Shown in pieces: positions 1-11,299 of a DNA stretch of 64,000 bases. This stretch comes from a virus. The notes below the pieces were generated by a model, which saw only the letters and a program-made list of their open reading frames with translations, was not told where the DNA came from and did not search any database. The translations under genes and the position numbers were made by a program. Positions within the stretch are counted from its first letter, which is position 1. Every line of letters starts with the position of its first letter. The stretch lies in the IMG/VR virus record IMGVR_UViG_3300009180_000022. One strand, 5' to 3'.

Positions 1-861
1 GAATCAAAGCCAGATCCTAGCCAGCAAGGCTCACTTCAATTCCCATCTGATATTACTGATAAGTTTATTAGGTTTACATTTGCATCCTATTACCAACCTG
101 GTCCGTTATTTAAACGAGAGATAATTCCATCAAGATCTATTATTCTACCTATACCTGCAGATCTAATAGAAAAACACGGTGTGCAATATTCCGAAAAGCA
201 ACTTGGCGTATTAGGTGTATTGCAAGAATCTGGTATGCTTGGTAGCGCGGCAGCAGGCCTTCAAAATCTTACAACAGAATCTGCTGGAAAGGCGGGTGAG
301 GCTTTAGGTAGACTAGCTGGAGATGCTGGTAATGCTGCAGCAATTGCAAGAAACGTAATCGGGGCTATTTCTGATTCTGCTGGAAACGCATTTGATAGGG
401 CGACCGGAACGATTCTTAATCCGTACAACGCGCTTCAATTCACTGGTATCGAGTTAAGAAATCATTCATTTAAATATAAATTCTCACCTAACAACGCTAC
501 CGAATCACAAACACTCAAAAATATAATTAAGGAGTTTAAGCTAAGAATGCTACCTGAAAAGGTAGGGTTGCTTTTTAATTTTCCTGATGTATGTACTATT
601 GAATTTTCTGATAGGGAAAATGCTCTATATTATTTTAAGAATTGCTATCTTAAAAGTATAAGTGTTAATTATGCACCTTCAGGTAATCCGGCATTCTTTA
701 TTGGAGGAAAAAATCCAGTTGAAGTTGAAATATCATTAGAGTTTGGTGAAATTGAACCGGTTACACGTAATGATATTATAAAGGGTGACTTTACGGGTAG
801 TCTTGGCTCGGCCATATCTTCCGATAGACAAACTTCTCAACAGGCCGATTCAGCTGTCTAA
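1..861 (+). CDS. gp48: Baseplate tail-tube cap protein (T4 gp48-like), 5'-truncated by window edge
   Basis: Frame is open from base 1. Motifs LPIP..L, ILNPY..LQFTGIELRNHSFKYKFSPNNATES and FKNCYLKSISVNYAP are typical of the gp48/gp54 tube-like fold. Lies upstream of gp53. Confidence 0.8.
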   Translation, partial: ESKPDPSQQGSLQFPSDITDKFIRFTFASYYQPGPLFKREIIPSRSIILPIPADLIEKHGVQYSEKQLGVLGVLQESGMLGSAAAGLQNLTTESAGKAGEALGRLAGDAGNAAAIARNVIGAISDSAGNAFDRATGTILNPYNALQFTGIELRNHSFKYKFSPNNATESQTLKNIIKEFKLRMLPEKVGLLFNFPDVCTIEFSDRENALYYFKNCYLKSISVNYAPSGNPAFFIGGKNPVEVEISLEFGEIEPVTRNDIIKGDFTGSLGSAISSDRQTSQQADSAV

Positions 862-886
862 GCTAAACGAATAATAGGAATGGTCA

Positions 887-2137
887 ATGTATAATTTATT
901 TAGTCAATTTGGAGTAGTACTTTACAATGGTGTACCTGTCAGGAACATTCTTACAAGGGTAGCTTTTTCTGATATTATTAAGAAAACAGGCGGTGTTTAC
1001 CATCCGTATATTGTAGAGGATGGTGAAAGACCAGATGCTATTGCCTATAATTATTACGGGGATTCAAGATACAGCTGGATAGTGTATATGAGTAATAATA
1101 TTATGGATCCTTACTATGAATGGCCGATGTCTCAAAACGAGTTTGATAGATTTATAACGAAAAAATATGGATCAAGAGAATTAGCTATGAAGAAAATTCT
1201 TTACTGGAAAGACAATTGGCAAACGGATGATAGAATTATTAACGTCGCAACTTATAATTCATATCCGGTGTTTATAAAAAAATATTGGTCACCCATATTA
1301 GGATATAATAATAGTATCGTTAGCTACTCTCGCACCCCAACGACTGATACAATTGAAACTAATAAAATGCTCGAGGTTACAATATCACCAACTATTTCAA
1401 TTAATGGTGCAAATTATACAGTAACAGATAACTTAGTATCGGATAATTTTGCTGTAGGGGATTTAGTTGGACAGTATGATAGCAGTGGTATTTTAACTGC
1501 TACTGGAGAAATAACCGTAATATATGATGATTATAAATTTAATATCAAGCACATACAGGGTAATTTTGTTTACTACTTTAACACTGTGTTTGGCCAAAAC
1601 CTTACAAATCAACTACTTACATGGGTGAGTACTACACCAATAACAGTAGGCGCAACAACTACATATCAAGTTGTATTTAATAATCAATTACCAAACAACA
1701 ACATTAAAGTTGGAGATAAAGTCACAGTAACAGGAATTAATCCAACTACATTTAATACATCAGCTATAGTCACTGCTATAAGCAGTGCAGGAACTATTAC
1801 CTTAACGTATACTAGTAATCCAGGTACATTTATATCGATTCCAACATTGGCATATGCAGTAAAAACAATCTCGTATAGTAGCACAATATACAAATTATCA
1901 GATAAATCTAAATTAATATACCCTACCACTATAAGATCTGTTGGTAATATATTTTTTGATTTTCCTGAAAATACTTACGGTAATACTGATGATGTAAACA
2001 ATCAAGTACTAACATATTATTCTCCTGTATTTGCATATGACTATGAATCCGATCTCAACACCCAAAAGAGGTCTATAAGGTTAATTGATAGAGCATACGT
2101 TGATCAAATTGAGCGCGAGTTAAGTGAAATCATATGA
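887..2137 (+). CDS. gp53: Baseplate wedge subunit (gp53-like) with extra beta-rich insertion
   Basis: LysM-like motif YIVEDGERPDAIAYNYYGDSRYSWIVYMSNNIMDPYYEWP and C-terminal YDYESDLNTQKRSIRLI. Longer than T4 gp53. Confidence 0.85.
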   Translation: MYNLFSQFGVVLYNGVPVRNILTRVAFSDIIKKTGGVYHPYIVEDGERPDAIAYNYYGDSRYSWIVYMSNNIMDPYYEWPMSQNEFDRFITKKYGSRELAMKKILYWKDNWQTDDRIINVATYNSYPVFIKKYWSPILGYNNSIVSYSRTPTTDTIETNKMLEVTISPTISINGANYTVTDNLVSDNFAVGDLVGQYDSSGILTATGEITVIYDDYKFNIKHIQGNFVYYFNTVFGQNLTNQLLTWVSTTPITVGATTTYQVVFNNQLPNNNIKVGDKVTVTGINPTTFNTSAIVTAISSAGTITLTYTSNPGTFISIPTLAYAVKTISYSSTIYKLSDKSKLIYPTTIRSVGNIFFDFPENTYGNTDDVNNQVLTYYSPVFAYDYESDLNTQKRSIRLIDRAYVDQIERELSEII

Positions 2138-3387
2138 TGACTAAGGTATATGATCCAGGTGATATAAAAATACTTGCCATCAGGTTAACAAACTATAATA
2201 AATCTGCGATATCTGACATTAGAGGCCAAGTTATTTCATTGTCTATATACGAAGATATGGAGCAGCCTTCGATTTATGCCGAAATAATACTTAAAGATGG
2301 TGTAAATTTAGTTAAAGATTTTCCTATAATAGGAGAAGAAGATCTTGATATATCATATATCACCCCCGGTAGGGATAAACCATCTCTATTTAAACTGAGG
2401 GTATACACTGTTACTGGTGGTAGTGCAGATCCTAGTAATCAATCATCGGTGTATGTTATTAAAGCTGTTTCATATGAACATATAGTAAATGGTATTAATT
2501 TAACTGAAAGAAGTTTTAATGATACAGTTACAAATATTGTTACTAATATTATAAAGACAGATGTAGAAACAAATAAAAGTTTATTTGTAGAGGAGACGAG
2601 AGGTATTGTTCCATATACCGTGCCTCGCATGACTCCTTTTCAAGCTATCGACTTACTCAGACAGCGCGCAATTGCAAAAAGACCTTCAGGAGGAGTATTC
2701 GTATTCTTTGAAAATCAATATGGAATAAATTTTACATCGATTGAGAAACTTATTGAAGATGGAAAGCCGCTAGTAGGTTCTAAAATATTTACACATTCTC
2801 CTCAGACTGAGGCTGACCCGGCAAGACAAACGTATAGCTGGCGAAACATTATTCAGATGGAACAGTTAAGTAAGTTTGACACAATTGAAAAACTTACAAA
2901 AGGATATTACAAAAACGCTATACAATCTTACGACATGCTGACTAAGTCGTTTAATATTACTCAATTTAAAATTAGTGAGCACGCTGATAAGTTTACTTAC
3001 AGTGATAAAAACGCAACCATACCTAATACCGATAGCTTCTTGAAAACAGCTACAGGAGGCTCTCCAACATACATGTTTACACCTAAGGATTCAAGTAAAG
3101 GCAACGACTTCATACCAGATCTAATGGGGTACAGGCAAACGTTTGTACTTTTGTTTAATCAGGTGGTAGTAAGGTGTATGGTTTACGGGGATAACTATCT
3201 TACTGTTGGAGATCTAGTACAACTTAACCTACCTGACACATCCGGTACAACAAATAGTAAGACTAATGATAGTAGATATTCAGGAAAATACTTAATTACT
3301 AAGTTAAGGCATATAATTGTGTATGAAGAAAATAAATTTAAGCATCGAATTGTATTTGATTGCAACCGAACAGGGGTAGGAACATGA
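2134..3387 (+). CDS. Baseplate hub / tail protein (gp27-like)
   Basis: Motifs SLSIYEDM, FVFFENQYGINFTSIEKL and YSGKYLITKLRHII. Lies between gp53 and gp5 with ATGA overlaps at both ends. Confidence 0.65.
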   Translation: MMTKVYDPGDIKILAIRLTNYNKSAISDIRGQVISLSIYEDMEQPSIYAEIILKDGVNLVKDFPIIGEEDLDISYITPGRDKPSLFKLRVYTVTGGSADPSNQSSVYVIKAVSYEHIVNGINLTERSFNDTVTNIVTNIIKTDVETNKSLFVEETRGIVPYTVPRMTPFQAIDLLRQRAIAKRPSGGVFVFFENQYGINFTSIEKLIEDGKPLVGSKIFTHSPQTEADPARQTYSWRNIIQMEQLSKFDTIEKLTKGYYKNAIQSYDMLTKSFNITQFKISEHADKFTYSDKNATIPNTDSFLKTATGGSPTYMFTPKDSSKGNDFIPDLMGYRQTFVLLFNQVVVRCMVYGDNYLTVGDLVQLNLPDTSGTTNSKTNDSRYSGKYLITKLRHIIVYEENKFKHRIVFDCNRTGVGT

Positions 3388-4259
3388 CAACGCGAAGCAT
3401 GGGCGATGAAGGTTTCAGGTGGTTTGTCGGGGTGGTGGAAGATAGAGATGATCCTTTGCAGCTAGGTAGGACTAAGGTAAGAATATACAACCTACACTCC
3501 CCTAATAAAAGTCTTACACGCACAGAAGATTTGCCATGGGCACAGATCATGAACGGAGTGAACGACTCAAACCTTAACAAGGTAGGAAGATCACCTACTG
3601 GTATTCTAGTTGGTACAACCGTAATCGGATTCTTTATGGATGGACGTGACGGTAATTTACCCGTCATTATGGGGTCACTTGCAGGTATACCAGATAACAA
3701 TATTGTTAACCATGATGTCTCGCTCGAAGCAAGAGGTACAAACCCGATTGTTAAGCCTGTGCTTGGTACTGAGCCAAGTTCAGCTTATAACGCTAAATAC
3801 CCATATAATAAAGTACTGAGAACTGAAAGTGGGCATGTAATAGAAATTGACGATACACCGGATAATGAAAGAATACATTGGTATCATAAGAGCGGCACAT
3901 ACACAGAAATAAATCATGATGGTAGAATGGTAACAAAGGTTGTAAATGATGACTATCAAGCTGTAGCTGGCAATCGCGACGCGTATATTGACGGTAATGT
4001 TAACGTCAGGGTTAACGGATCCGATACTCAATCTATAGGTGGTAGTCGTGAGGTTTATATTGAGGGTAATGTTAACGTTAGGGTTAACGGGTCATACACC
4101 CTCAATGTTTCAGGTCCTATAGTTATTAACGGTAGTACGGTCAATATTAATCAAGGGACGAGGGGCGCAGCCCGTATTGGTGATATTGTTCCTGATACGG
4201 AAGTAGACGGTACCCAAGGTATCAAGACAGGTTCAGGTACAGTATTCATCGGAGGCTAA
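3384..4259 (+). CDS. gp5: Baseplate central spike (gp5-like): OB fold, beta-helix, no lysozyme domain, PAAR-like C-terminus
   Basis: WFVGVVEDRDDPLQLGRTKVRI and YPYNKVLRTESGHVIEIDDTPDNERIHWYHKSGTY. Start placed at ATG 3384, overlapping the upstream TGA. Confidence 0.9.
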   Translation: MTTRSMGDEGFRWFVGVVEDRDDPLQLGRTKVRIYNLHSPNKSLTRTEDLPWAQIMNGVNDSNLNKVGRSPTGILVGTTVIGFFMDGRDGNLPVIMGSLAGIPDNNIVNHDVSLEARGTNPIVKPVLGTEPSSAYNAKYPYNKVLRTESGHVIEIDDTPDNERIHWYHKSGTYTEINHDGRMVTKVVNDDYQAVAGNRDAYIDGNVNVRVNGSDTQSIGGSREVYIEGNVNVRVNGSYTLNVSGPIVINGSTVNINQGTRGAARIGDIVPDTEVDGTQGIKTGSGTVFIGG

Positions 4260-4262
4260 TAA

Positions 4263-4691
4263 ATGGCATTAGTAAAACATACAAGTAGTATAAACGTTAG
4301 ACCGGTTAACACGGAATTTTATTCTGATTTTTATACTAACTTTGATAAGCACCCTGATAAAAATGATGTACTCAAATACTCTAATGAAGAGTCGGTAAAG
4401 AGGGCTATTAGAAATATATTACAGACTAATAGAGGAGAGAGGGTATTTAATCCTACATTTGGTAGCAATATACGTAAATTTTTATTTGAAAACATCACAC
4501 CAATAACAGAGTCCCTTATACGTGAGCAGGTCGAAACTTCAATTAATAACTTCGAACCCCGCGCCAAGCTTATAGATGTTATAGTATCAGGGTATCCTGA
4601 CGATAACGCATATAATATAACAGTCGTTTTCTCTACACTAAATACAATCGACCCAATTGTACTAAGCGTACTTCTCAACAGGATAAGGTAA
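4263..4691 (+). CDS. gp25: Baseplate wedge subunit / sheath initiator gp25
   Basis: SVKRAIRNILQTNRGERVFNPTFGSNI...FEPRAKL. Confidence 0.92.
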   Translation: MALVKHTSSINVRPVNTEFYSDFYTNFDKHPDKNDVLKYSNEESVKRAIRNILQTNRGERVFNPTFGSNIRKFLFENITPITESLIREQVETSINNFEPRAKLIDVIVSGYPDDNAYNITVVFSTLNTIDPIVLSVLLNRIR

Positions 4692-6496
4692 TGTCTAATA
4701 CCACTATAAGTTTAGTTGATCTTGATTTCGAGACAATTAAAAGTAACTTTAAAAGCTATCTAAGAAGATCTAATTCAACCTTTAAAGATTATGATTTTGA
4801 AGGATCTAATTTAAGCCAGCTAATAGATGTGCTATCGTATAACACATACCTAAACTCATACTATTTAAATATGGTAGCTAGTGAAATGTTTCTTGATACT
4901 GCATCATTAAGGGATAGTGTAGTATCTCACGCCAAAGAGCTTAACTATGTGCCAAGAAGCTTCAGGTCAGCAATGGCGACTGTTTCCTTTTCTATATTTA
5001 CTGACAACCCAGGCGGTGCCCTTACCGTTCCAAAAGGCACTACATTTACATCTAAAATTGGTAGTAATAACCATTCATTTACTACTACCACAAACATTAA
5101 CTTTACAGCAAATTCTACTGGTCATTGTAATATTGAGCTTGATATTTACGAAGGATCATACCTAACTGATGTATTTTCCTACGATGCTTCAAACACTATA
5201 CAGAGATTTGTATTATCAAATTATACTTTAGATACAAGATTTATAAGTGTAATTTCTATAGAGAATAACGGCGCCAATAATATTACATATAACACGTATA
5301 CATCTTTACTCGGAGTAAGTGGTGATACTAATGCAGTATTTATTCAAGCAGCTGAGAATAATCAGTATGAAATTAGATTCGGTGATAATATAAAGGGTAG
5401 AACACCAAAAAGTGGATCTACTATAGCTGTAAGTTACCTTGCAGGTAGTGGTGAAATGCCTAATGGTGCATCAGTATTTAATATAGATGGACCCATTGGT
5501 GGATTTACTAGTATTTCTAGTATAACTGCTATATCACCAGCATCAGGTGGCAGCATTTACGAGAGTGTAGAGAGTATTAAATACAACGCACCTAGGTATT
5601 ATCAGACCCAAGGCCGTGCAGTTACAGTAAGCGACTACGAAACATTACTTACTGTTAATTATCCAGAAATATCAAGCGCGTCAGCATACGGAGGTGAAGA
5701 TTTAGAGCCTCCAGTTTATGGTAAGGTATACGTTGCAGTAGATATGCTAACGGCAGACGGTGTCACAGAAACCAATAGCGCAAAGTACTATAAGTTTTTA
5801 AAGGCACGTACTCCTATTTCGATTGATCCTATTATAATTAACCCCGATAGACTTTATGTTGAGGTTGATGCTATAGTCAGATATAATACCAATATTACCA
5901 ATCTTACAATTAATGACATAGTAACAGCTGTATCAGTAAAAATAAGCACCTATAATGACATATACCTTAACGGGTTTAAAAAGACTCTAAGATATAGTAA
6001 ACTAATAGAGCAAATTAATAATACACATGAAAGTATATTAGGCGTTAATCTTGAGGTCAATCCGTTTAAAAAGTTTATACCTACTACAACTTCATCGTAT
6101 AGTACAGTTATTAACTTCGGTTTTGCACTAGCTAAGTCGTTAATTATTTCATTAGAAGAATCTATAACCGCATCTGTACCTGCAATTAGATCTACTCCTA
6201 TGATGCGAGAAGGCGTTTCTGTGTTTATTATGGATGATGGTAATGGTATAGTTAATCTATATACATCCTCATCTAGCGGGGTTCAAACTAAAATAGTATC
6301 AATAGGTACAGTTGATTACACGATGGGGCGAGTTCTTATAACATCTATGAGCATTGATAGTTTTACTCCCGCATCAGGCGCCCATGTACATTTATACGCC
6401 AACCCACTATCAAATGATATATCAGCAACCAGAGATCAAATTATTGTAATTTCTGATGATGATATATTCGTAACAGCAGAAGCAATAACCGAATGA
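4691..6496 (+). CDS. gp6: Baseplate wedge subunit gp6
   Basis: LDFETIK, DYDFEGSNLSQLIDVLSYNT, EMFLDTASLRDSVVSHAKELNYVPRS and ESIKYNAPRYYQTQGRAVTVSDY. Confidence 0.93.
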   Translation: MSNTTISLVDLDFETIKSNFKSYLRRSNSTFKDYDFEGSNLSQLIDVLSYNTYLNSYYLNMVASEMFLDTASLRDSVVSHAKELNYVPRSFRSAMATVSFSIFTDNPGGALTVPKGTTFTSKIGSNNHSFTTTTNINFTANSTGHCNIELDIYEGSYLTDVFSYDASNTIQRFVLSNYTLDTRFISVISIENNGANNITYNTYTSLLGVSGDTNAVFIQAAENNQYEIRFGDNIKGRTPKSGSTIAVSYLAGSGEMPNGASVFNIDGPIGGFTSISSITAISPASGGSIYESVESIKYNAPRYYQTQGRAVTVSDYETLLTVNYPEISSASAYGGEDLEPPVYGKVYVAVDMLTADGVTETNSAKYYKFLKARTPISIDPIIINPDRLYVEVDAIVRYNTNITNLTINDIVTAVSVKISTYNDIYLNGFKKTLRYSKLIEQINNTHESILGVNLEVNPFKKFIPTTTSSYSTVINFGFALAKSLIISLEESITASVPAIRSTPMMREGVSVFIMDDGNGIVNLYTSSSSGVQTKIVSIGTVDYTMGRVLITSMSIDSFTPASGAHVHLYANPLSNDISATRDQIIVISDDDIFVTAEAITE

Positions 6497-9400
6497 TCGA
6501 TATTGAAAACAATATAATACCTTTAATAGAAGGTCAGTTTCCTGCTTTCTATGAAGAAGAGGGACCGCTGTTCGTTTTATTTGTAAAGGAGTATTATGAG
6601 TGGCTTAATACTCAAACATACAATATTGATGGAGTCAATGTAGCAGGCGGCGCAATATACCAATCTAGATCACTACCAAATTATAGAGATATTGATAAGA
6701 CAGCGGATGAGTATCTTGTACACTTTAAAGAAAAGTATCTTAAGAATATTAATTTTAATTCAGAATCTAATCGTAGAACGCTTATAAAAGCAGCCCATGA
6801 TTTGTTTGCATAAAAGGATCAGAATTATCTATTGAGTTGTTATTTAATTTACTTTATGGAATAGGTGTGCAGGTTTATACCCCAGGCGATGCAGTTTTTA
6901 AGTGCTCAAATGCAAGGTGGACTATTCCAAAATATCTAGAAGTTCTTCCTACGTATAAGTCGCCTTTGCTTGCAGGTCAGCAAATAATAGGTTCGAGATC
7001 AGGTGCCACGGCCTTTGTAGAATATGTAATTACAAGACAGATCAATGGAAGATTTATAGATTTATTATTTCTTTCTAGCATTGATGGATTGTTTTTAGTA
7101 GATGATGTTGTTTCAACAGATGGTATTATTGCTGATTCTCCTACAGTAACAGGCTCATTTAATAGTATTGATATAACTCAGGCTGGTGATGGGTTTGTGG
7201 TTGGAGAGGAAGTAAATATAGTTTCAGCGTCGGGGGTAGAGGGCAGAGCGTTTGTTACATCGATAGAGGCAGTTACTGGTATCGTTCAGTTTGCTCTTAA
7301 CGATGGGGGATGGGGATTTTCAACATCATCTAACACACTCGTTTCTCAAAGTTCTCTATTACTTACTAATATAATAAACGCTAATACAGAAATTACATCA
7401 TTTACTAAATTTGAATTTGTTGAACAAAATAACTTTAGTCTTGCACTTAGTAATATAACCGGCAGTCTATCTACGGGTAACATACTTGCAACACCAGAAG
7501 GATCCTTATCAGTTGTTTTAAGGGTTGATCCTGGTGCAAATCCTAATACCGCAACTGTTCTTATCAACCCGGTATCTGGTACTACCTTTTCAAACAGCAT
7601 AATGTTCTCACCCAACAGTGCTTATGTTTATGTTGATAGAACTCTAGGATTTACACAAGGCAATGTTGTCAAACAGAATAACGGTACAAGTGATAATGCT
7701 AGGGGGGCTGTAAAGAGTACTGCTAATGTAGTGGTTTTAAACATCAATAGCGCAGTTACTGCGGCTAATGGTATTCACGTAGGTACATTTGTTATTCAAG
7801 CAACAACTCTTGCTACAGGCCGAGTTGTTGCTATTAATCGTGAAGCTAATTTTGTTTTTACAGCCGTAAACGCCATAGCAGTTTCCGTATCAACAGGTAC
7901 ATTTAGCGGTACTGATGCTATTAATATGTATGCAGATGCTGCAGGTATTAGCTATCTTTCAGTAGCAACACCGACGTCAATAATAAACGCACGCCAACTT
8001 GAACTAGAAGCAGTAACAGGTCTGTGGTCGGCTGGAAATACTATCATTTCTGAAAGTGCCTCCGCTATCACAGGTACAACATTACTTGCAAGTGCTGTTG
8101 GTGGAAAATTTACTTCAAACACCCAGTATCTTTCAACCGGTCAAATTATTGGATCTAATACTAGTGCAATTGGTATTATTTTAGAAAGTAATACATTTTT
8201 TGGTACAGGTCTAAGTACTATAAGGGGGCTAACATCTAATACATACGCCAATGTGTATCAGGTTTCTACTGGATCTAGTGCTGACTTTCAGGTTGGTTTT
8301 ATTAGTGATTCAGAGACAGTTCTACTATCTCCGGACTTATTAAATGGTAATAATCAAGGGCCTAACGGACCAGATACCCTGCCTTCGGTTCCATGGGCAT
8401 CCATGTTAATATCAGGTGCTAATAGTTCATACAATAACCTACATTCTGTATACATCGAGTCTGGAGGTACGGGGTATAGTAATACTGACACAGTCGTGCT
8501 AACGTCAGGGAGAAACATTAATGCTGCAAGTCTTACATATACAGTTGGAGCATTTCTTTCTAATACTTTTATAAGTCCCCTAGAGCTAACTCCATCGGGA
8601 ATATTTTTTAAATACACTGGTACTGAAATGTACTTAGTAGGTACCACATCCGATAAAATACACCAGTTCACATTATCAACTCCATGGGCAGTAAATACAG
8701 CAACATATACTGCTAATGTAAGCGTAAATCCTCAGGGTGCAAATCATCAAGATGTCTTTATATCATCAGATGGTAAATTTGTCTACACGGTTGAATCTAG
8801 CAGTGATAGAGTTCATCAGTATACCATGGCCACCCCATGGTCAATAGCTACTACAGCCTTTACGCGAACGTTTCAATTATCCGCCGCCTACCAGGCATTA
8901 GAGAGTGGTACTGTTGGAATGACCTTTAAACCGGATGGTACTAGCTTTTATCTTATAGGATCTGCTGGAGATACCATAGTACAGTTCGATCTTTCGGTTG
9001 CATGGGATATATCTACTGCATTTCAATCAAGTAAATCTCTTTATGTTAATCCTATTGAAACCAACCCAGGCGCATTAAGAATAACAGAAGACGGTACCAG
9101 GTTTATTCTTATTGGTACTACTGGTGATAGAGCACATGTATATAATCTAACTACACCCTGGGATATATCAACAGGTGTATTCGTAGGATCATCAAGCACT
9201 TGGGCAACCCTTGGCGCCGGACAAGCCGTTCCACAATCCGAAACAGGCGCAACAGGCTTTTATATTAAACCGACCGGTGATAAGTTATACGTTATAGGTA
9301 CTGCAATAGATACGGTTGCGGAATACAATGTAGCCAACGCCGGTGTTGTTCCACTTTCGAATGCTACTATTATTACGAATGCATCCGGAGTTATAACAGC

Positions 9401-11291
9401 ATGCACACTTGGAGCATCTAAGGGTGGTGCAAATATATTTTCAACACCTATAGCAACAGTACTTAATTCATCTGGAGGAGCTTCTACAGGATCGGCCGCA
9501 AGTCTAATTCCTGTATCTTCTCTAGGATTTCCAAAATATGCACTTGGGGATATAACATTTACTATTCTTGATCTGCTTAGATTTAATACAAGAACGATTG
9601 GAACTATTGCTAGTCTAACTGCAATCAATCCAGGTGAAAATTATAACCTGGACCCATTTGTGCTTGTACGTGAAGATTTGGTTGCAGCATACGGTAAGCG
9701 CGATTACATAATGAACATTACTAATCTAAGTAAAGGTACTGGGTTTACTCCTAATGAATTAGTAACGCAGTCATCAGGTACACCTGCACTTACATTACTA
9801 TCAAGTGCCTTTGTTTATAATAATTATGGTCCAACCCTTTCGTCTATAGTTACTGCAGCAAGTACAAACATACTACTTGTAGCGACGGTAGCAGCTAGCA
9901 ACACAATTACAGGTGCATCGTTAACTAGTGCTGTAATTCAACCTGGTATGTATGTTTCAGGTACAGGTATCCCAACCAATACGTATGTTGTATCGGTTAG
10001 CAGCGGAGTATCAGCAGTTCTTTCAAACGCTGCTACTGCCAGCAGCGCCGCTACAGCTCCAGGAACCATCACTATAACTACAAGTGGTACAGTAATTTTT
10101 GGGGCTGCGTTAACTACAGCAGCAATCGAGCCAGGAATGTATGTATACGGAACAGGTATACCAAATGGTGCATTAATTATTTCAATTAATACCGGTGTAT
10201 CGGCAGTTATATCTCTACCTGCTACAGCTTCTGGTACCATCACACTTACTACCGCCTATGGAATAGTTAGGAATGCATATGAGGTCGGTGAATTTATAAC
10301 CACTAATAATGGTATTTCTATTACAGGGACAGGGACAGTTTATAGTACTACAGCATCCGGTGGAGTAACTACCACAGTTCTTACATCAAACACCGGTACA
10401 TTCAACTCTACTATATCAACATCTAAACTCGCAGTAAGTACAAATGTTGGATTTAGTGTAGGGGATGCTGTTACTCAGTCAGGTGGTGGTAGTGGTACAG
10501 TGCTTGTAACTAATACAAGCACGATGATTATCAGAAATGTAACCGGTACATTTGCAATAAGCGGTAATAAAATAACTGGTACAGGTACTGCAAATGCTAA
10601 TATTACTGCAGTGACCAGTGCATTTAACGTGTATCAGATGTCAGGATCGACGTCAAAAGGCCTTACAAATATTAGCGGATATTCTGCATGCACCGCATCA
10701 TCTGTTGCAACAGGTAGAATAAAAAACCTTTCAAATACTTCTACTCTGTTTATAAAAAGGACTAGCTTGTTTGATGAGTTCATTAATAACGGAGGTACGT
10801 TAGTCGGAGAAATTTCCGGTGAGACTGCTACTGTAGTTTTTAGTGCCCCTGATACATCTTCTGATATAATTGGCCTTAACGCTAATATAACTGCTAATGT
10901 TATAACAACGACCGGTTCAATAACTGACTTAACACTCGTAGACTCTGGGATTTCATTCTATCAAGATCAAGGCGCCACATTCAGTTCGTTAGATGGTGCA
11001 AGGGTTGGAGCTGGTAAGATTAATCTTGGTGGTATAGGTTCCGGGTCTGGTAGATATACAACGTTTAGCGGCATATTGGACGATGTTAATTACATACACG
11101 ATGGTGAATATTATCAGGAATACTCGTATGAAGTACAGAGTAACAAACCACTAGATACATATTATAACGTACTTAAGCAACTGCTGCATGTTGCTGGAAC
11201 TAAAATGTTTGGAAGAGTAGTTACATCTTCAACCAGCATTATAGGAACTGATATAGTCCAGAGCAGCAAGACTATCGAACTAACTCCATAA
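6493..11291 (+). CDS. gp7: Baseplate wedge initiator (gp7-like), about 1600 aa, split by an apparent 1-bp deletion at ~6812 (ORFs 6493-6813 and 6837-11291)
   Basis: N-terminal IEGQFPAFYEEEGPLFVLFVKEYYEWL. Restoring one base gives HDLFA-S-KGSELSIELLFNLLYG, matching the conserved gp7 motif. C-terminal IHDGEYYQEYSYEV...LLHVAGTKMFG. Confidence 0.8.
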
Positions 11292-11294
11292 ATA
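11287..11294 (+). promoter_or_regulatory. Late promoter variant upstream of gp8
   Basis: CATAAATA overlapping the gp7 stop codon. Confidence 0.55.
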
Positions 11295-11299
11295 AAGAC

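Noticed and set aside
6801-6818. Programmed -1 ribosomal frameshift in gp7
   Set aside because: No canonical slippery heptamer or evident downstream stimulator, and a single-base restoration recreates the conserved motif better.
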